From Bugula neritina (taxonomy: Eukaryota > Animalia > Bryozoa), in contig OZ037766.1 of the NCBI GenBank assembly GCA_964035545.1, positions 2,480,001 through 2,544,000 of the forward strand: a DNA stretch of 64,000 bases. Direction: 5' to 3'. Shown in pieces: positions 39,001-53,100 of this stretch. Both the position numbers and the translations under genes were made by a program. How positions within the stretch are numbered: position 1 is the first letter of the stretch; the number at the start of each line of letters is the position of its first letter. Below the pieces are notes generated by a model, which ran no database searches, was not told where the DNA came from, and saw only the letters and a program-made list of their open reading frames with translations.

Positions 39001-40274
39001 CAGGATAGAGTTTCGGTACTGTAACAAATCATTTGACTAATTTTTATAAAAGGCTACAACATATTGAATATGAAACCACAATAGATAAATTGAAGAACTT
39101 ATCACAATACAATTAGGGCTGGAAGTTGATATAAAAACATATTGAATAGAGGCAACTTGTCTTACGTATATTGGCTATTTTCTCTTTCAATTGAGCAATC
39201 GTATCTGCGGAGGATATCTAAAAATAACACCAAGAAGATAACAGAATTAATGCACAAAATATTTTACAAGCAATTTCATAGAGGTTGGAGAAACTATCCT
39301 TATTCAACTGTTTCAAACATACCTCCAAATCGGCAAGTTGCCGCTGCGAGCCAATAGAAAGAACTTTTAGCTGAAAAAGAAAGGAACAATCATTAAAGAA
39401 AAGATAAATTTTATTATACAAAAGTTATTCAATCAATTTTATCTTGTGACAAAATACTAAAGAACTAGCTCAGGGGTTTTAAATCTATAGCAAACAGTCC
39501 CAGTCTTACTACCATATTGCTGACTCATAATTTCACAGAAATTTAACAGGTTCCTTGAATGTCTCACTGTGACTGCAACTAATCTGTGTAGTGTATAACT
39601 AGCCTCAACCTGTAGCTCAGCTGTCATTATGAATATACCAAACATTGAATAATTGTATTATATTATTAATTCGCAGTTCATTTATCAAATAATTACATAA
39701 TTATATCAATTACAACCAAGTAATTCATATACAGCAATGATTAATCTCATAGCCATGTAAAACTTATGTTAAATTTATAGTTTACAATCGTTTTGAAGTT
39801 GATTCCTATAAGTATAAATTTTGTTGGCATCAAAGAATATGGCAAGCAGAAAGGGTTCAACTTCATTTTGTATTAGTATAGAGTATTTATATTATATTTT
39901 ATAATTCTATAAAATGTGTGCACCATCACTATGACTATAAGTATAAGTATCAGTATGACTATATTCAATATAGTCATAGTGCACACATTCTTATCTGTTA
40001 TTCTAGATCTGGTGTAGAATTTAATCAATCATATGATAATAAATCAATCGACTATTTCTTATAGTAACAGTTATAGCTCAAGTTATGCTAATTCTTATTT
40101 TAAAGACAAAATGAAATGAAACAGTAACACTCGATCTGAGACTGAAAGTGAATCTCATCAATCGACAATGACAATCGCCTAGCCCTATGGCTATAGGCTA
40201 TAACTATAAGTATATAAATAATTTAAGTAGATCAAGATGTAATCATAATAATCTACCTGTACGTATTCAGGCAT
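36008..40274 (-). CDS. TECR: Very-long-chain trans-2,3-enoyl-CoA reductase. Exons ~40257-40274, 39322-39369, 39166-39217, 38973-39017, 38272-38483, 37519-37675, 37153-37264, 36553-36746, 36008-36135
   Basis: N-terminal Ubl-like part ([18 protein letters not shown]), [96 protein letters not shown]. Confidence 0.95.
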
Positions 40275-41123
40275 TGTTGGTGTACTTGTTAAGCCTCCAA
40301 TTTACTAGCAATTATGTCGAATTACTGTGAAAATATACTAATACTCTGCAGTTGGGATGGGAGCTCAGGGGTTGAGCGTTCAATCAAAATTGCAAAACCG
40401 CTGGGCAAACCCGGTATAGAAGTCTTTTTAATGGAATCGCGCGTAAAAGATGCGAACTTTAATCTCAATAGCAAGATTTTCTGTACATTAGTAAATCGGC
40501 TGTGATGCGACCAAGACTCATTGTAATTATGATATGCTTCAGCAACAATAATATTTGAGGCCCAAGTAGTTGAAAAAGTAGAGGACAACCCTATGGCAAA
40601 ATTAAACTCAATTGCCCTTCTTCACCCTCTTTTTCACAGGTCGTAGCACTGAGCTGGAATAGTTAATATTATTGAGTTCATTGGGTTGTAGCACGAAGAG
40701 AACAAAGCTTCAGTGGGCTGCTGATAGCAACGTATTCCAATAAGCGAATCATTAAAAACGTTTTTTTACAAGTTCCTTTGCATGAAATTTAAATTTCTTG
40801 ATAAAAATTTACAAAATATTCATACTAATACTCATTAGTCATTGGTCATGGTGCTGATTCTCAACGATCATTAATTGATTTTTTTCTCCTAAAAGTTCTA
40901 TAAGTATATTTCATCACATTTCACGGTCACTCCATAATCAGTCCATAGTGATAGTCCATTGCATTTGCTATAACAATAACATTAACTAAAATTGAACTTA
41001 AAACTCAAACTGTAGAAGTATAATTCAAACTGCCTAATCATAATGTTAATAGTAATTTGAATGATTAAACATCAACGTGTACCCTTGAATTTCAATTTGA
41101 TAAGTTTACATTAAAATATCAAT

Positions 41124-44100
41124 ATGAACGCTGCCGAGGTGTGTAACACTAACTGTAATAAAGTAAAAGTTTCGGATTCAGGAGATTCCAATTCAATCTC
41201 CGAAGCAGATGTTGCCGTTGTTCAATCTCCGAATGATAAAAGAAAATACAAGTACGCTTTATTCATATTAATGTTAATGTTCATATTGTAGTTGCAAACA
41301 TACTGAAGTAATAATGATTACTAATACTAATAGTTATACTTATTGATAAAGTCTGTAAGTCTTGTAATAAAAGTACCGATTATACTTACTCTTAGAGTTA
41401 ATGTTGATGATGTAGTAATGATGATGACTATTTCTTAATCACTGTTATAATGAGTATTTTATTTTATACTATCATTATGATTATTATAGTTATGCTCTAG
41501 ATTTATCATGCAATATTTTAAGCCAGCAGATAAAACTACCAAATATTGAAATAAATATATAAAATATATTACTAAAATATGTTCAGCATTTTTAAACACC
41601 GGTTTTTTCAGTTTTGCTTTTTTAAATATACATTTTTATCATTTGTCCTTGTTATGGTTGCAAAACCTGATAAAAATTTATTGCAATGAACTTTTTAATC
41701 ACTGTTATATTTGAATATTGATTCAACGTGAAAACATAAATGTAGAGTAATATAATGTTTCATTCTCTTAGAGTTGTTGTGCTGGACAATGGATTAAGGG
41801 TCCTCCTGATTTCTGACCTCAATTCTGACCCGGAATCTTCTTCAGAGTGTGAAAAACCGTGTCAAGATGAGCAAAAAGTCTGTACTCACTAGTATCTGGG
41901 TTGTGATTCTCACTCTGAAATGAGTTTGAATTTTATGTTTTAAACTTTTCAGTGCTTGTTTTAAAGTATCATTACATAACATTATTTGCATTTCAAGAAT
42001 TATAGATTGGATAGTTCCAGCTGTTTTTTTTCAATTTGGTAAACAGTAACTGGGTTATTTGTCTTGTAATCAGATTTATTTCAAGTGGTTGATAAATCAC
42101 AGATAGATATAACACAAATAATTGATTTAATTTGGCGTCATGTGCTGATAGAATGAGGACATTTCCGAATCGGAAACTGATGAGACGGCAGATGACGTCA
42201 GCGACATGGAACAAGATGCAATTCCTTCTACCGGAGGCAAACAAGAGTGCATTGAAGATGGAGAAAAGCTTGTATGTCAAAACTACTTTTATATTCCTCT
42301 ATTATTAGCAAAAGGCAAAAACTACAGACATACTTTCAATGTTGTGAAGCCAATCAGTTGTGCTGTAAAACTTTAATAGTTTCAGAGACACTATTCTATT
42401 ATAGTGAAGAAAGTGCTGGTGAAACAATGCTATATAAATGCTGAAATCATGTTTTAGGCAGCGGCAGCACTCTGTGTTGGTGTCGGCAGCTTCTCTGATC
42501 CTCCTGACATCCCTGGTTTGGCACACTTTTTAGAACATAGTAAGTTGGAACTTACCTTTTGGGTTACGCCACATATGATAACATCTTGGATAAGGTTTTG
42601 CTATACTTCGTTGTATGTAACACTACAATATTATGTCAATCTTTCATTTCAAGACTCTCTGATTGACAATGTGTTGCAGTTGTCTGTATTTACTATTGCA
42701 GTGGTATTTATGGGAAGTGAAAAATACCCGGATGAGAACGCTTTTGATTCGTTTGTTAGAAAACATGGCGGGAATAACAACGCATGCACTGATTGTGAAC
42801 GGGTAAACTGCATTGTCTTATTTCATTAGCTCCATTTTCTGCATTTTATTCTTTCTTTTTATGTGATAAAATACAAAACACCTACAGGCACCTGCTACTT
42901 AGAATCACTAAATTCCTTGTAAAGTATCTCGTATAGTGTTGTCAACACACACAATTATCCAATCAGAGAAAACTGTCATGTGACACATACAGGTCAAAGG
43001 GACTTGTTCCAACAAATGCTAGTTTTTGTGTTGGATAAGTTATCAAAATGATACATAATACAGAGAGATTTTATGACAAGTTGACTTGGTCTATAAAGGA
43101 GTATGTAGTATAAAACATATCAGTATTGTTTTGGTGGGTAGAAGTGTATATATTATATAAACCTGTTGTAATTTCAGACTACCTACTGCTTTGACATTGA
43201 GAGGAAACACTTGAAGGACGGGTTAGACATATTTGCTCAGTTTTTCATTTCTCCATTGCTGAAGGAGAACAGCGTGGATAGAGAAATAAATGCAGTAGAC
43301 AGTGGTGAGTACTGATTAATGGTACTAGAAAAGTGTTATTTGTATACTATTTCACTGTTGAATAGAGTTGTAACCTGGTAGGTTCTTAGATTAACAGCTA
43401 CCCAAGTGTGATAACATTTTCACTCACTGGCAGCCATCAGCTACTTTCAGCTTTGATCAACTACAACCAATAGGATTATCTATTACATATAGTATTTATT
43501 TGAGCCTTCAGTCCGCTGTAGCAATCAGTTTTAACCAATAGTGCTACAACATTGTTTTAAAATGTCTTGGTTTTAGGTTTGTGTAATAATTTATTAACAT
43601 TCTAACTTAATAATTGTGTTTTTCTGCTCACTTGTTCTTTAAATGTTGATTTTCTGCATTAATTTTTTTAATCACTTTTTTTCTGATCAACTTGATGCCC
43701 AATACATTGTAATGCCTAATTACTTTGTAAGTCTTGTGCCTGTCTCAATTAGTCAATTATCTCTCGTATACTTTAGCTGCTTGATTTGTCAAAAGAACGT
43801 TTCTCACAGTTGCCCATTACCTTTAAATGCTTGAACAGTATTGTTGATTGTATTCTGTGAACTCGTATGTGCAATATTCTACTTGCTTGCCTGTTATATA
43901 GCTGTTTATTACCTTTTCCTGCAGAGTTTGACATGAGTAAGACTTCCAACAGTGTCATCAAACAGCAATTGTTTGCTTCTTTTGGAAGGAAAGGTGTTCC
44001 GATGGGCAAGTTTATGTGGGGTAGGTGTTCTAAAGTTATTCAGGGCTTTGTTGACGTTATTAGTTGCAGCTCATATTCAGGTGTAGCTAGAGTTGTTCCC

Positions 44101-47100
44101 ACTGCCAGACTAATTGAATGACCTAATTAGAATGATGTGTCACTACCAGCCTCCAATGTATTTCTCAACCAATGAGAATGCAAACACCTCTCTTTCGGCA
44201 TGCCTGGCAGGTGCGAGTCATAGGATAAACAACATGAATATCCCGGAGCATGCTTTCTGTAATCTCACTCACTCTACTCAATGTGGCATAATAAAGAACT
44301 CTCACTTTTTGTATATTTTGTATAGATAAGTTAGTTTTATTTTGTCAAAGTTTAGATTAATTTATTGCAAAATTTTTTATTTGCATTATTGAACAACAAC
44401 ATTATTTATGTTTGTGTGTGTGCATATATTTTATAATTAGTTTCTCCAATATTTTTTGAACCACAGGAAATATTGAGTCGTTGAAAGAAACACCGTCAAC
44501 TAAGGGAATAGACCTGTATGAGAATCTCCAGATATTCCACAGACATTACTACAGCGCCCACTTCATGACCCTCTGTGTGCAGGCAAAGGGTAGGCAGATT
44601 CACCAACCTCCAATGTATAATATATAGGAGCAGTAGAAAGTAAAGTTCTGTTTATGTGTTTAGTTGATAGAGGTCAAGGTGTTTAGATGTACTCATCACC
44701 TTCTGTAGCTTGATGTCTATTCCTAGTTTGTTTCACCAGCTAATGGCTATTCGATAGTTATTATCTATAAGAGGTATTTGAGAAATTATTTTAAAAACTG
44801 TAGTGATTTATTTTGTTGTTGAAGTTTGGCAAACAAAAAATCAGAATTGATATTTACCACTGATTGCAATATAAAATTGTGCTAAAAAATAGTTCAATTT
44901 AATCAATGCCAAAGTCATACTCTAGCTATAGCTAAACATTCAAGCTTTGATCAGGTTTTTAAGTTGTGTTGAAAGATCTTTCATTTGCACAATGTCTTTG
45001 TGTGATAAAAATTAGCAAATTATATGATCAAAACTTGCATGACTCGTGAGAACTTTCTCCATTACTCTTCATCCTATAAATTATCTGACTAGTTTATATT
45101 ATATATAATGAGTTTCACTCTTGCAGCTCCGTTAGACTTGATGCAGTCGTGGGTTACAGAAATATTCTCAGATATCCCCAACAATAAGACTACCCAGCCA
45201 TCATTCCACCATGTTTCTGACTCTTTCAACACTCCAGAGTTTACCAAACTCTACCAGGTGGTTCCAGTGAAGAACACTAACCAACTCTCTCTCACCTGGC
45301 ATATGCCCTGTTTGAGACATCTCTACAGGTCAGTGGGTGATGTGGGAGTTTTTAGCTCTTCTATTTCTACAGTTTACATCTTCTGCAGCTTCTCCTGTTT
45401 ACATCTTCTGTAGTTTTCCCAGTTTACATCTTCTGCAGTTTCTCTAGTTTACATCTCCTGTAGTTTTCATATTCTGCAGTTTACATTTTCTACACTGCTA
45501 TTTACTTTTTGTCACATTAGCAATAAATGTTAAATTCTTAATGTGTTGCTTTCATTTTTACTAAAATATTTTTGTTTCATAAAATTTTAGAAAAATAATC
45601 TTGGTTTTGATTAAATGACTATTACTTGAAGTTGTTTAATATTATGCTCAGTGGCAAAGCATACCAAGAAAGCAATATTAATATCTATTCATAGAGAGCA
45701 TAACTTCTAAATGCAAATCCCACTGTAGAGTAAAGGTAGTTGAGCTAAGTATGCAGAGTTATCTTCTCTATTACTTTATTGTTGAGATAAATTAGTTACT
45801 ATATCTGCACAGGTGCAAGCCACTTCACTATGTCGGATGGTTGTGTGGCCACGAAGGGTCTGGAAGTATTCTCTCATACCTTAAGAAGAAGTAAGTACCA
45901 CCTGTATTTAATAGCTGTCAGCAGCTTTTGAGAGAAAATATTCTAATAAGGCATTGACTGTAGTATCTAGCGGTAAACAAATGTTACAGATCTTGGGCAT
46001 TGACTGTAGTTTCTAGTACTAAACATAGTAGTGTATATTACAGATCTTGGGCATTGACTGTAGTTTCTAGTACTAAACATGGTAAATGTTGCAGATCTTG
46101 GGCATTGACTGTAGTAGCTGGGAATGCCGAGTCAGGCTGGGAACACAACTCCACTGGTGCTCTGTTTGAGGTGAACATAACTCTCACAGACGAAGGGCTG
46201 CGTAACTACGAAGAAGTGAGCTAATGTTGTATCTATAGTCTGAGTATTTGAATCACAATAATTTACCTGCGCTACATGAGCTGTAGATATACTCGTGTTC
46301 TAATTTTTTTGAAATTTCACTTGCATCACATTTAAATATCATAACATATTGCAGGTAATAAAAGTTGTAACAAATTCCAGGTAATAAATATTATAACATT
46401 TTGCAGGTAATAAATATAATAACATGTTGCAGGTAATAAATCTTGTCATATCTTGCAGGTAATAAAAATTGTGTTTGAATATCTCACTCTGCTAAGAGAA
46501 GTTGGAGCTTCTGAACAGATTTATAACCAAATCAAGTTAGTGGAGGATAATGACTTCAGGTGGAAGGAGAAGGTAACTCTGAATCTTATGTGTATATAAA
46601 TAATATTCTGTGTAGAGTAGCATTTCAATAAGTGTGGTTGGTTTGAACAATTCAATCTAGCTCTTGTGTAAAACACATTCATTTTATGTGAATTAAACGT
46701 ACGTTATGGTGTGTTGTATGTTGATGCAAGCTCTACAACATTAAAGGAATGGGATAAAGTTTTGCAATATAGTATAGTATGGTTTAATATAATTTTATCT
46801 ATGTGTAGTTATATAAGTGGTAAATGCATGTAAAGAAGAGCCCTGAGCCTATGCCTGTAGTTTATACATTGTAACCATATTTTTCTATTATGTTATTGTG
46901 TAGTTTGACTTTATCATACGCAATTTCTGGTATATGTTACATAGCAGTATAGAAATATTTATATTGAAATGGTATTATACTTTGTAGTAGTAATAAATTG
47001 TGATAGCAATGAGTTTCATGGTAGTAAAACATTATGTTAGTGATAGATATGATTGTAGTAGTATATTATATTATAATAGTAATATATATGAGTACATTAT

Positions 47101-50100
47101 ATTATATTATGGTAATGATATATATGAGTATTGCATTATATTATAATAGTAATATTATATTATATTGAGTATAGTAATATATTATATTATATATGAGTAT
47201 AGTAATATATTATATTATATATGAGTATAGTAATATATTATATTATATTGAGTATAGTAATGTATTATATTATGGTAATATTTCACGTATCAGGTTGACC
47301 CCTGGGACTATGCTGAACATTTGGCTGAAGCCATGCAGTTATATGAGCCTGTAGACTATCTGCGGGGGAGCACCGTTCTCTATGACTGGACGGATGAGGT
47401 ACACAGTGTTATCTAACTTCACCTCTATTCAGTATTCAGCTACTTGAGGATTATTTCATATAAATTATAGTGTCTGATTGACAAGATGTCTTGGGCACTG
47501 AAATGGTCCAAAAATTTAAGTTCTCCTAGCTTTCGGTTTTTATTCCTTGTCTCCAGCACATGCTTTACTTCAAATATCAAAATCAATTTATTTTAATTTT
47601 TTTTAAATATTTTTGATTTTATTTTAATGTCTTCTAAAACATTCAGTATCATAAAAATTGCCAACTCTATCCAACGGGTGGTATCGTACACCGATTCTGT
47701 AAAATAAAAATACTTTTTAATGTGTTAATAAAATGTTTCATATTTTCATCTCCCATGTATTATGGATTTTCTTAAAGCAAATATATGCATGCTAGATTCA
47801 TTCAGTAATATCTTCTAATGGTGGGAGAGAGAGTGCTATGTAACACAACTTCTTTAAACTCCGACACCATTTCTCTCTTCGCCAGTGCAAGTTTTCAATT
47901 GAGTCGGTAATCCACAAGCTGCTCCCTTCCAACTGTAACATCATGGTCCTCTCACCCTCCTTTGAAGCTCAAGCGGACCGAGAAGAATACTGGTACAAGA
48001 CCAAGTACCTCGTCAAAGGTTTCCCATTTCTTTATGTTTGCAGAAATTTTCAGATTTTCTTTTAAAATAAATTTCTCAGAAGTTGTAGCAGATCCACCTT
48101 TCAACATCTATTTCACCTATAGGAATTGTATCGAGTTAAAGTGATTTTTGTGGCCAATCATATTTAGACAGTTTATCTGATTTTCTACTCGTAGAAATTC
48201 CACAGTCGCTACGAGATGCGGCAGCCTTCAGACCGAGACGTCAGCTGCACCTCCCTCCTCCCAACGATTTCATCGCTAGTGACTTTTCTCTGAAGGATCC
48301 CAACACTCTTTACACTAAGGAGGTAAGATTGTGTTCCTCTTTTATTTCTTTGATCATAGACATGCCTATCTATGAATACACACTGTAGAGTATGTATAAC
48401 TAAATACAAATGTGCAATGCTTGTTGTTATAGCATTATCTAAGCGCTTTGCAGGAATAGTATATCTATAAATACACACTATATGTCTCTAAATACGCGCC
48501 ATTTGTGTATATTCTAGCCCAAGCTAATACTAAACACAAGTCGCTCCAAACTCTGGTATAAGCAGGACAGGAAGTTTAAAGTTCCCAAAGTCTGCGTCTA
48601 CTTCCACATCCTGTCTCCCGTGGTCAGCACCAGCGCCAAGTCGTGAGTTCATTTCATGATATGATATCCTTCTTATTTCATGATACGATATCCTTCAACT
48701 AGTTGTCTATTCACTTCTCAAGCTGTTTAACATCTGTGACTTCTATATTTACAAAGACTTTGGTGGTGCCTAGTTATCAGAAGAACTTTTTGGTGTGTTA
48801 CAAATTTAAATGCTTTTTTGAACTAAGCATTACATAATGTTTTGAGATATTCTATTTTGAGTTGGTATTAGGAATAGTCAGCTAAGTGGTTAAAGTAGAC
48901 TGACTAGTGTAAGCTGTCCAGGAAAACAGCACAATGTTAAGCATTTGCCAATACTTCTTTATCCCAGCACATTTTAAGCATTGTTCTTACGATTTTACTA
49001 AATATATGGTTTTTCTATAGTTAGTACAATCATCCCATATCTTCTACTATACTATACTATGCTGCATACTCAACACTCCCGACTGAGATAACCTTTAGAC
49101 TATCTCATCTCTATTGTAGTCAAGCTCTGTTGGACCTCTTCCTAGATATACTGAGTCATAACCTCGTAGAAGTGGCGTACAACGCATACGTGGCTCAGCT
49201 AGAGTAAGTTATCTTCCCTTCTCTTGAATGTTTGTATCCGGAATGTATTTACTGTGTTTTCAGCTGTCTTTTATTTGTTTTCTGTGTAATCCGTCCCTCT
49301 GTGTTTGTTAAGGTATGAGTTTAAAGCCACTAATGAAGGTATTATCATCAAGCTGCGGGGCTTCAGTCACAAACTGCTTGTAAGTATCTGTGACTCTCAG
49401 TCTATGATTTAGTACCACAGGCTATGTCAATGTTCAAATGTTAAACTTTTAAGCCAGTTCAATTATTAAACTGTGTGTTGCAGCAGATAAAAATAGCATG
49501 CAATGAAAGTGAGCTATAATTAGTATAAGTTTTATAGTAGAGGTAAAGTCAAAGCCTACCAGAAATGTCATCTGCAATCGATCAGAAATCTAGCACATGT
49601 TTACACAAAATTCATTATAAAACAAAATTGGTTGGACATACAACCCTGAAACAGTATGTAGATGAAAGTTAATATATATATAAGCATGAGTGAAATGTGT
49701 CAGGGATTCTTTAACCTTCTTCATTAAATTAGTTTTGTATCAAAAGTATGCATGTTTGACTATAGAAAAGCCTCGTGGCATATTTCCCTTTGTCTACACA
49801 TATCTGCTAGTCTGACCTTTGTTTAACCTTGAAAATGTTTGAGTAAAGTTTTCCCTATTCTGTAGAAGCTAATGGAGATTATCATGGACCGTATTGATGA
49901 GTTTGACGTGTCTGATCAGGACTTCCACACACTGAATGAACAGTTGAAGAAGAATTACTACAATTCCTTCATCAAACCGGAGAAGTTGGCGAGGTATGCT
50001 GACGTCAGCAATAGGTGTTGTCTCCACCTGTAACTTGTGTTGTCTCCACTTGTAACTTGTGTTGTCTCCACCTGTAACTTGTGTTGTCTCCACCTGTAAC

Positions 50101-53100
50101 TTGTGTTGTCTCCACCTGTTACTTACCCATATAATAACTTTATTTTTCTACTTATATTTATCTTATTTACCACTTGGCACAGCTTTTATTATCAGAAGGC
50201 TTGAAGCCTATAGCAACTCATAATAATTAACACCGGTCTGTGTGATATAACAGTATATTCTAAGTCCTAAGAGAACACAAATATAAAAAAGACGTTATTT
50301 GGCTTTTGGCTCTACATAATGTACTCATAACACACTTAAGTCTTGCTATGTGATATTTTTATGCTTATATGTAAGTTAGTTAGACTCAGGTTAGGTAGTG
50401 ATCTAACAGAGTGCTAAGTCCATCTTTCAAAGTACTTGCGTCCCTAAGGCTTTTTCAGCAAGGGAGAGCTTGAAAATTTCACAATAATGCAACGATATGA
50501 ATAAATAGTCTGGCAGAACTGGGGGTTAGGTTCGCAATCTCGGATAAAGTTTTTTTCTCTCTTGATTATTTATCTTGAGGGTCCAGGTAAATGTTTTCAG
50601 GTGGGTGTGGACCTGCCACCCTTGAGCATTTCGAGAAATCCAAGATGGCCGCCAATTATGAAAAAACCGTAATCTAATCGGCATAAAGTCTATATTATGT
50701 TGCAAAAACAAAATTTTTTTGATGATTCAAATAGATGTGCATTTTTGGAATGAATATCTGCCATGCCAGTGCAAAATTAATCAAGGTAAAAAAACCAAGA
50801 GACATGTTGCTCAGCTCAAAAATCGGAATTGCTTCAATAAAACATCACATATGGTGCAGAGAAATGATACAAGGTTTTTGAATAATTGTTCGGACAGATA
50901 TATAAAGAAAAACATTGCTTATTGCCAGTGGATAAAAAGTGAAAAAGATACACAGGCATACTGCTCAGCTGAAGTTAAAATGGAACATATATATAATCAT
51001 ACAGATGTGACAAACTTTCGCTCATGTTCATATTAAACACTTTTTTTTTCTATCATTAGCATTTGTTAGAAATGTTAGTTCATTGCAGCACACTCCTGTT
51101 ACTGCTTCACAAGGGCAGAACTCTGTGCATAGAATAGATGTACTAGAACAGCCATAACTTGTTGTTTTGCATGATTGTTGGCTTCCGCAGGAGCATTTAA
51201 TGAATTTGGGCCATTTTACTTTAATAAACATGCATCAGCAGATTATGATCACAAATTTTAATGTTTGCTCAAAATTCATGAACACTTACTACAAAGAGTA
51301 ATAGAATTTGCTAATTCTAACTATGCATAACAAAAAAAACTGGGAAGAGGTCCTGCAACATTTAAGCGCTGCGTCATGTCATACGAGCTAAATATATATT
51401 TGTGAACCATCACGGTCCATATGATATCTCAATGTACTAATAAATTAGGAAAAAACATAGAAAATCATGCATAATTGAAAAAGCCTTAATTATTCAGTTT
51501 TATGTGTTAAAATTTTAATAGTTTGAGTCAAAAATCTATATACGATAGCAGCTAAATTGTAAAAAATCGCCAAAACTAGAGTCATCGAGTGTACACCAAA
51601 TTAACTAAAATTATCCACTTCATAATACTGTCTGGTGTAAGCACAACATCATTTCCCACTTCTTTTGGTAAAAGAGATTCTATTAGATCTCCTTCCACCT
51701 ACCAATGTTCTAGTGGGTTTAATGCCGAAGTTTCATACGGCTACCTGGAGGTGTGCTTTGGTGACATTGTCCAATAGCTTCATCTGTAGCAGGCAAAGTA
51801 CATAAGTTAAAAGCACATCGCAAACAGCATTGCTGACCTTGGTTTTCTAAACCTTTTGTCTTATAGATGTCATGGAGGAGCACTTTGCATAAGCGTAGCA
51901 ACACAGCATAAACGTGGTAGCTTGTCTGAATAGTCATCCTGAAAAGAAGCCCTAGTGTCACCAAATCACACTTTTCTTCCACCAAGACATTTAGTATGAC
52001 TCCCTTTCCAATATTTTGCATTGTTGCCACTGTATCACACTTTGATGAGAGGCCATGGGACGGCAGCAAATTGTTCATTATAGGAATTTGTCTTGGACTT
52101 TCTCACCTAGTACGCTGTGGTCTAGGATGGGTGGCGGTTTTGCAGGGCACCAAGTGCTATCAAAGAGTGTCATCTGATTCTGTTGTTAACATCTTCATCC
52201 GAGAGGCCACATTTCAGTATGTCATCCTTCACTGTATCCATTAACCTTTTCTTTGGCCTCCCTCTCTTTCTCTGTATCTTCATCTCAGCCACCATTATAA
52301 TATCTTCCTCCCTATCTCTTCTGTGCACATCTCCATACCATTGAAAAGGTCTCCTCCTCACCCCTATTGCGATGACTTTTAATTTGGCCTCCTCCTTATA
52401 TAAGCATTTGTTATATGATCTTCCCACTCTATATTGTAAATGTGTCGAAGCATCCTCATCTTAGTTGCATTATCTTGTTCTCTTGTCTTTGAGTCAGTGG
52501 CCATGTCTGATATCCATACATCAGTGAAGTTTTTATTGCCATCTTGTATAACAGAACCTGCAGCTTGGTGGACATTTTCTTAACTTCTTGTCGCGGACTG
52601 TTCTGAAAACTCAATTTTCACAGATTTTTTGAGAATTGACTTGGTCTTAGCTTCTCTTATTTTCCCTGCTTCTTTGAATGTAGAGGGTGGCAATGCTGCA
52701 AGTTTATGAGCCATTAAAGAGTCTGCAGCGTCCAAATTCTTGGTCTGCTTGAGTGCAATGGCTCGGGTATATATGACTTCAGTATCATACACAGTGGTAT
52801 TAAAAACCTTAATATGCCTATGAGATAATAATATTGTCTTCACTTTAGATGACAAGGATTTATTTAACCCCTCTGACTACTTCACTTTAAATTTTTGTAT
52901 AGATGCTTTACTTATAACAAAAATATTGTCAATAATAATTGCTGAATAACTGATAACTTTCTCTGTTTCAATGTTGATAAGAGTAACTGGGTGGCATCCT
53001 TCTTTGAGTGAGACATTGCAGAGTTTAATCTTCCTTTTTACAGACTCCCTGTCCTTTGAATCAGACTGGATTGTTGATTGCATCTCTTCCTTATGAGTAG

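Noticed and set aside
40314-40588. Selenoprotein or alternative-code (TGA readthrough) gene
   Set aside because: Extended frames yield no recognisable protein (the + frame also hits TAA/TAG), and no SECIS was identified.
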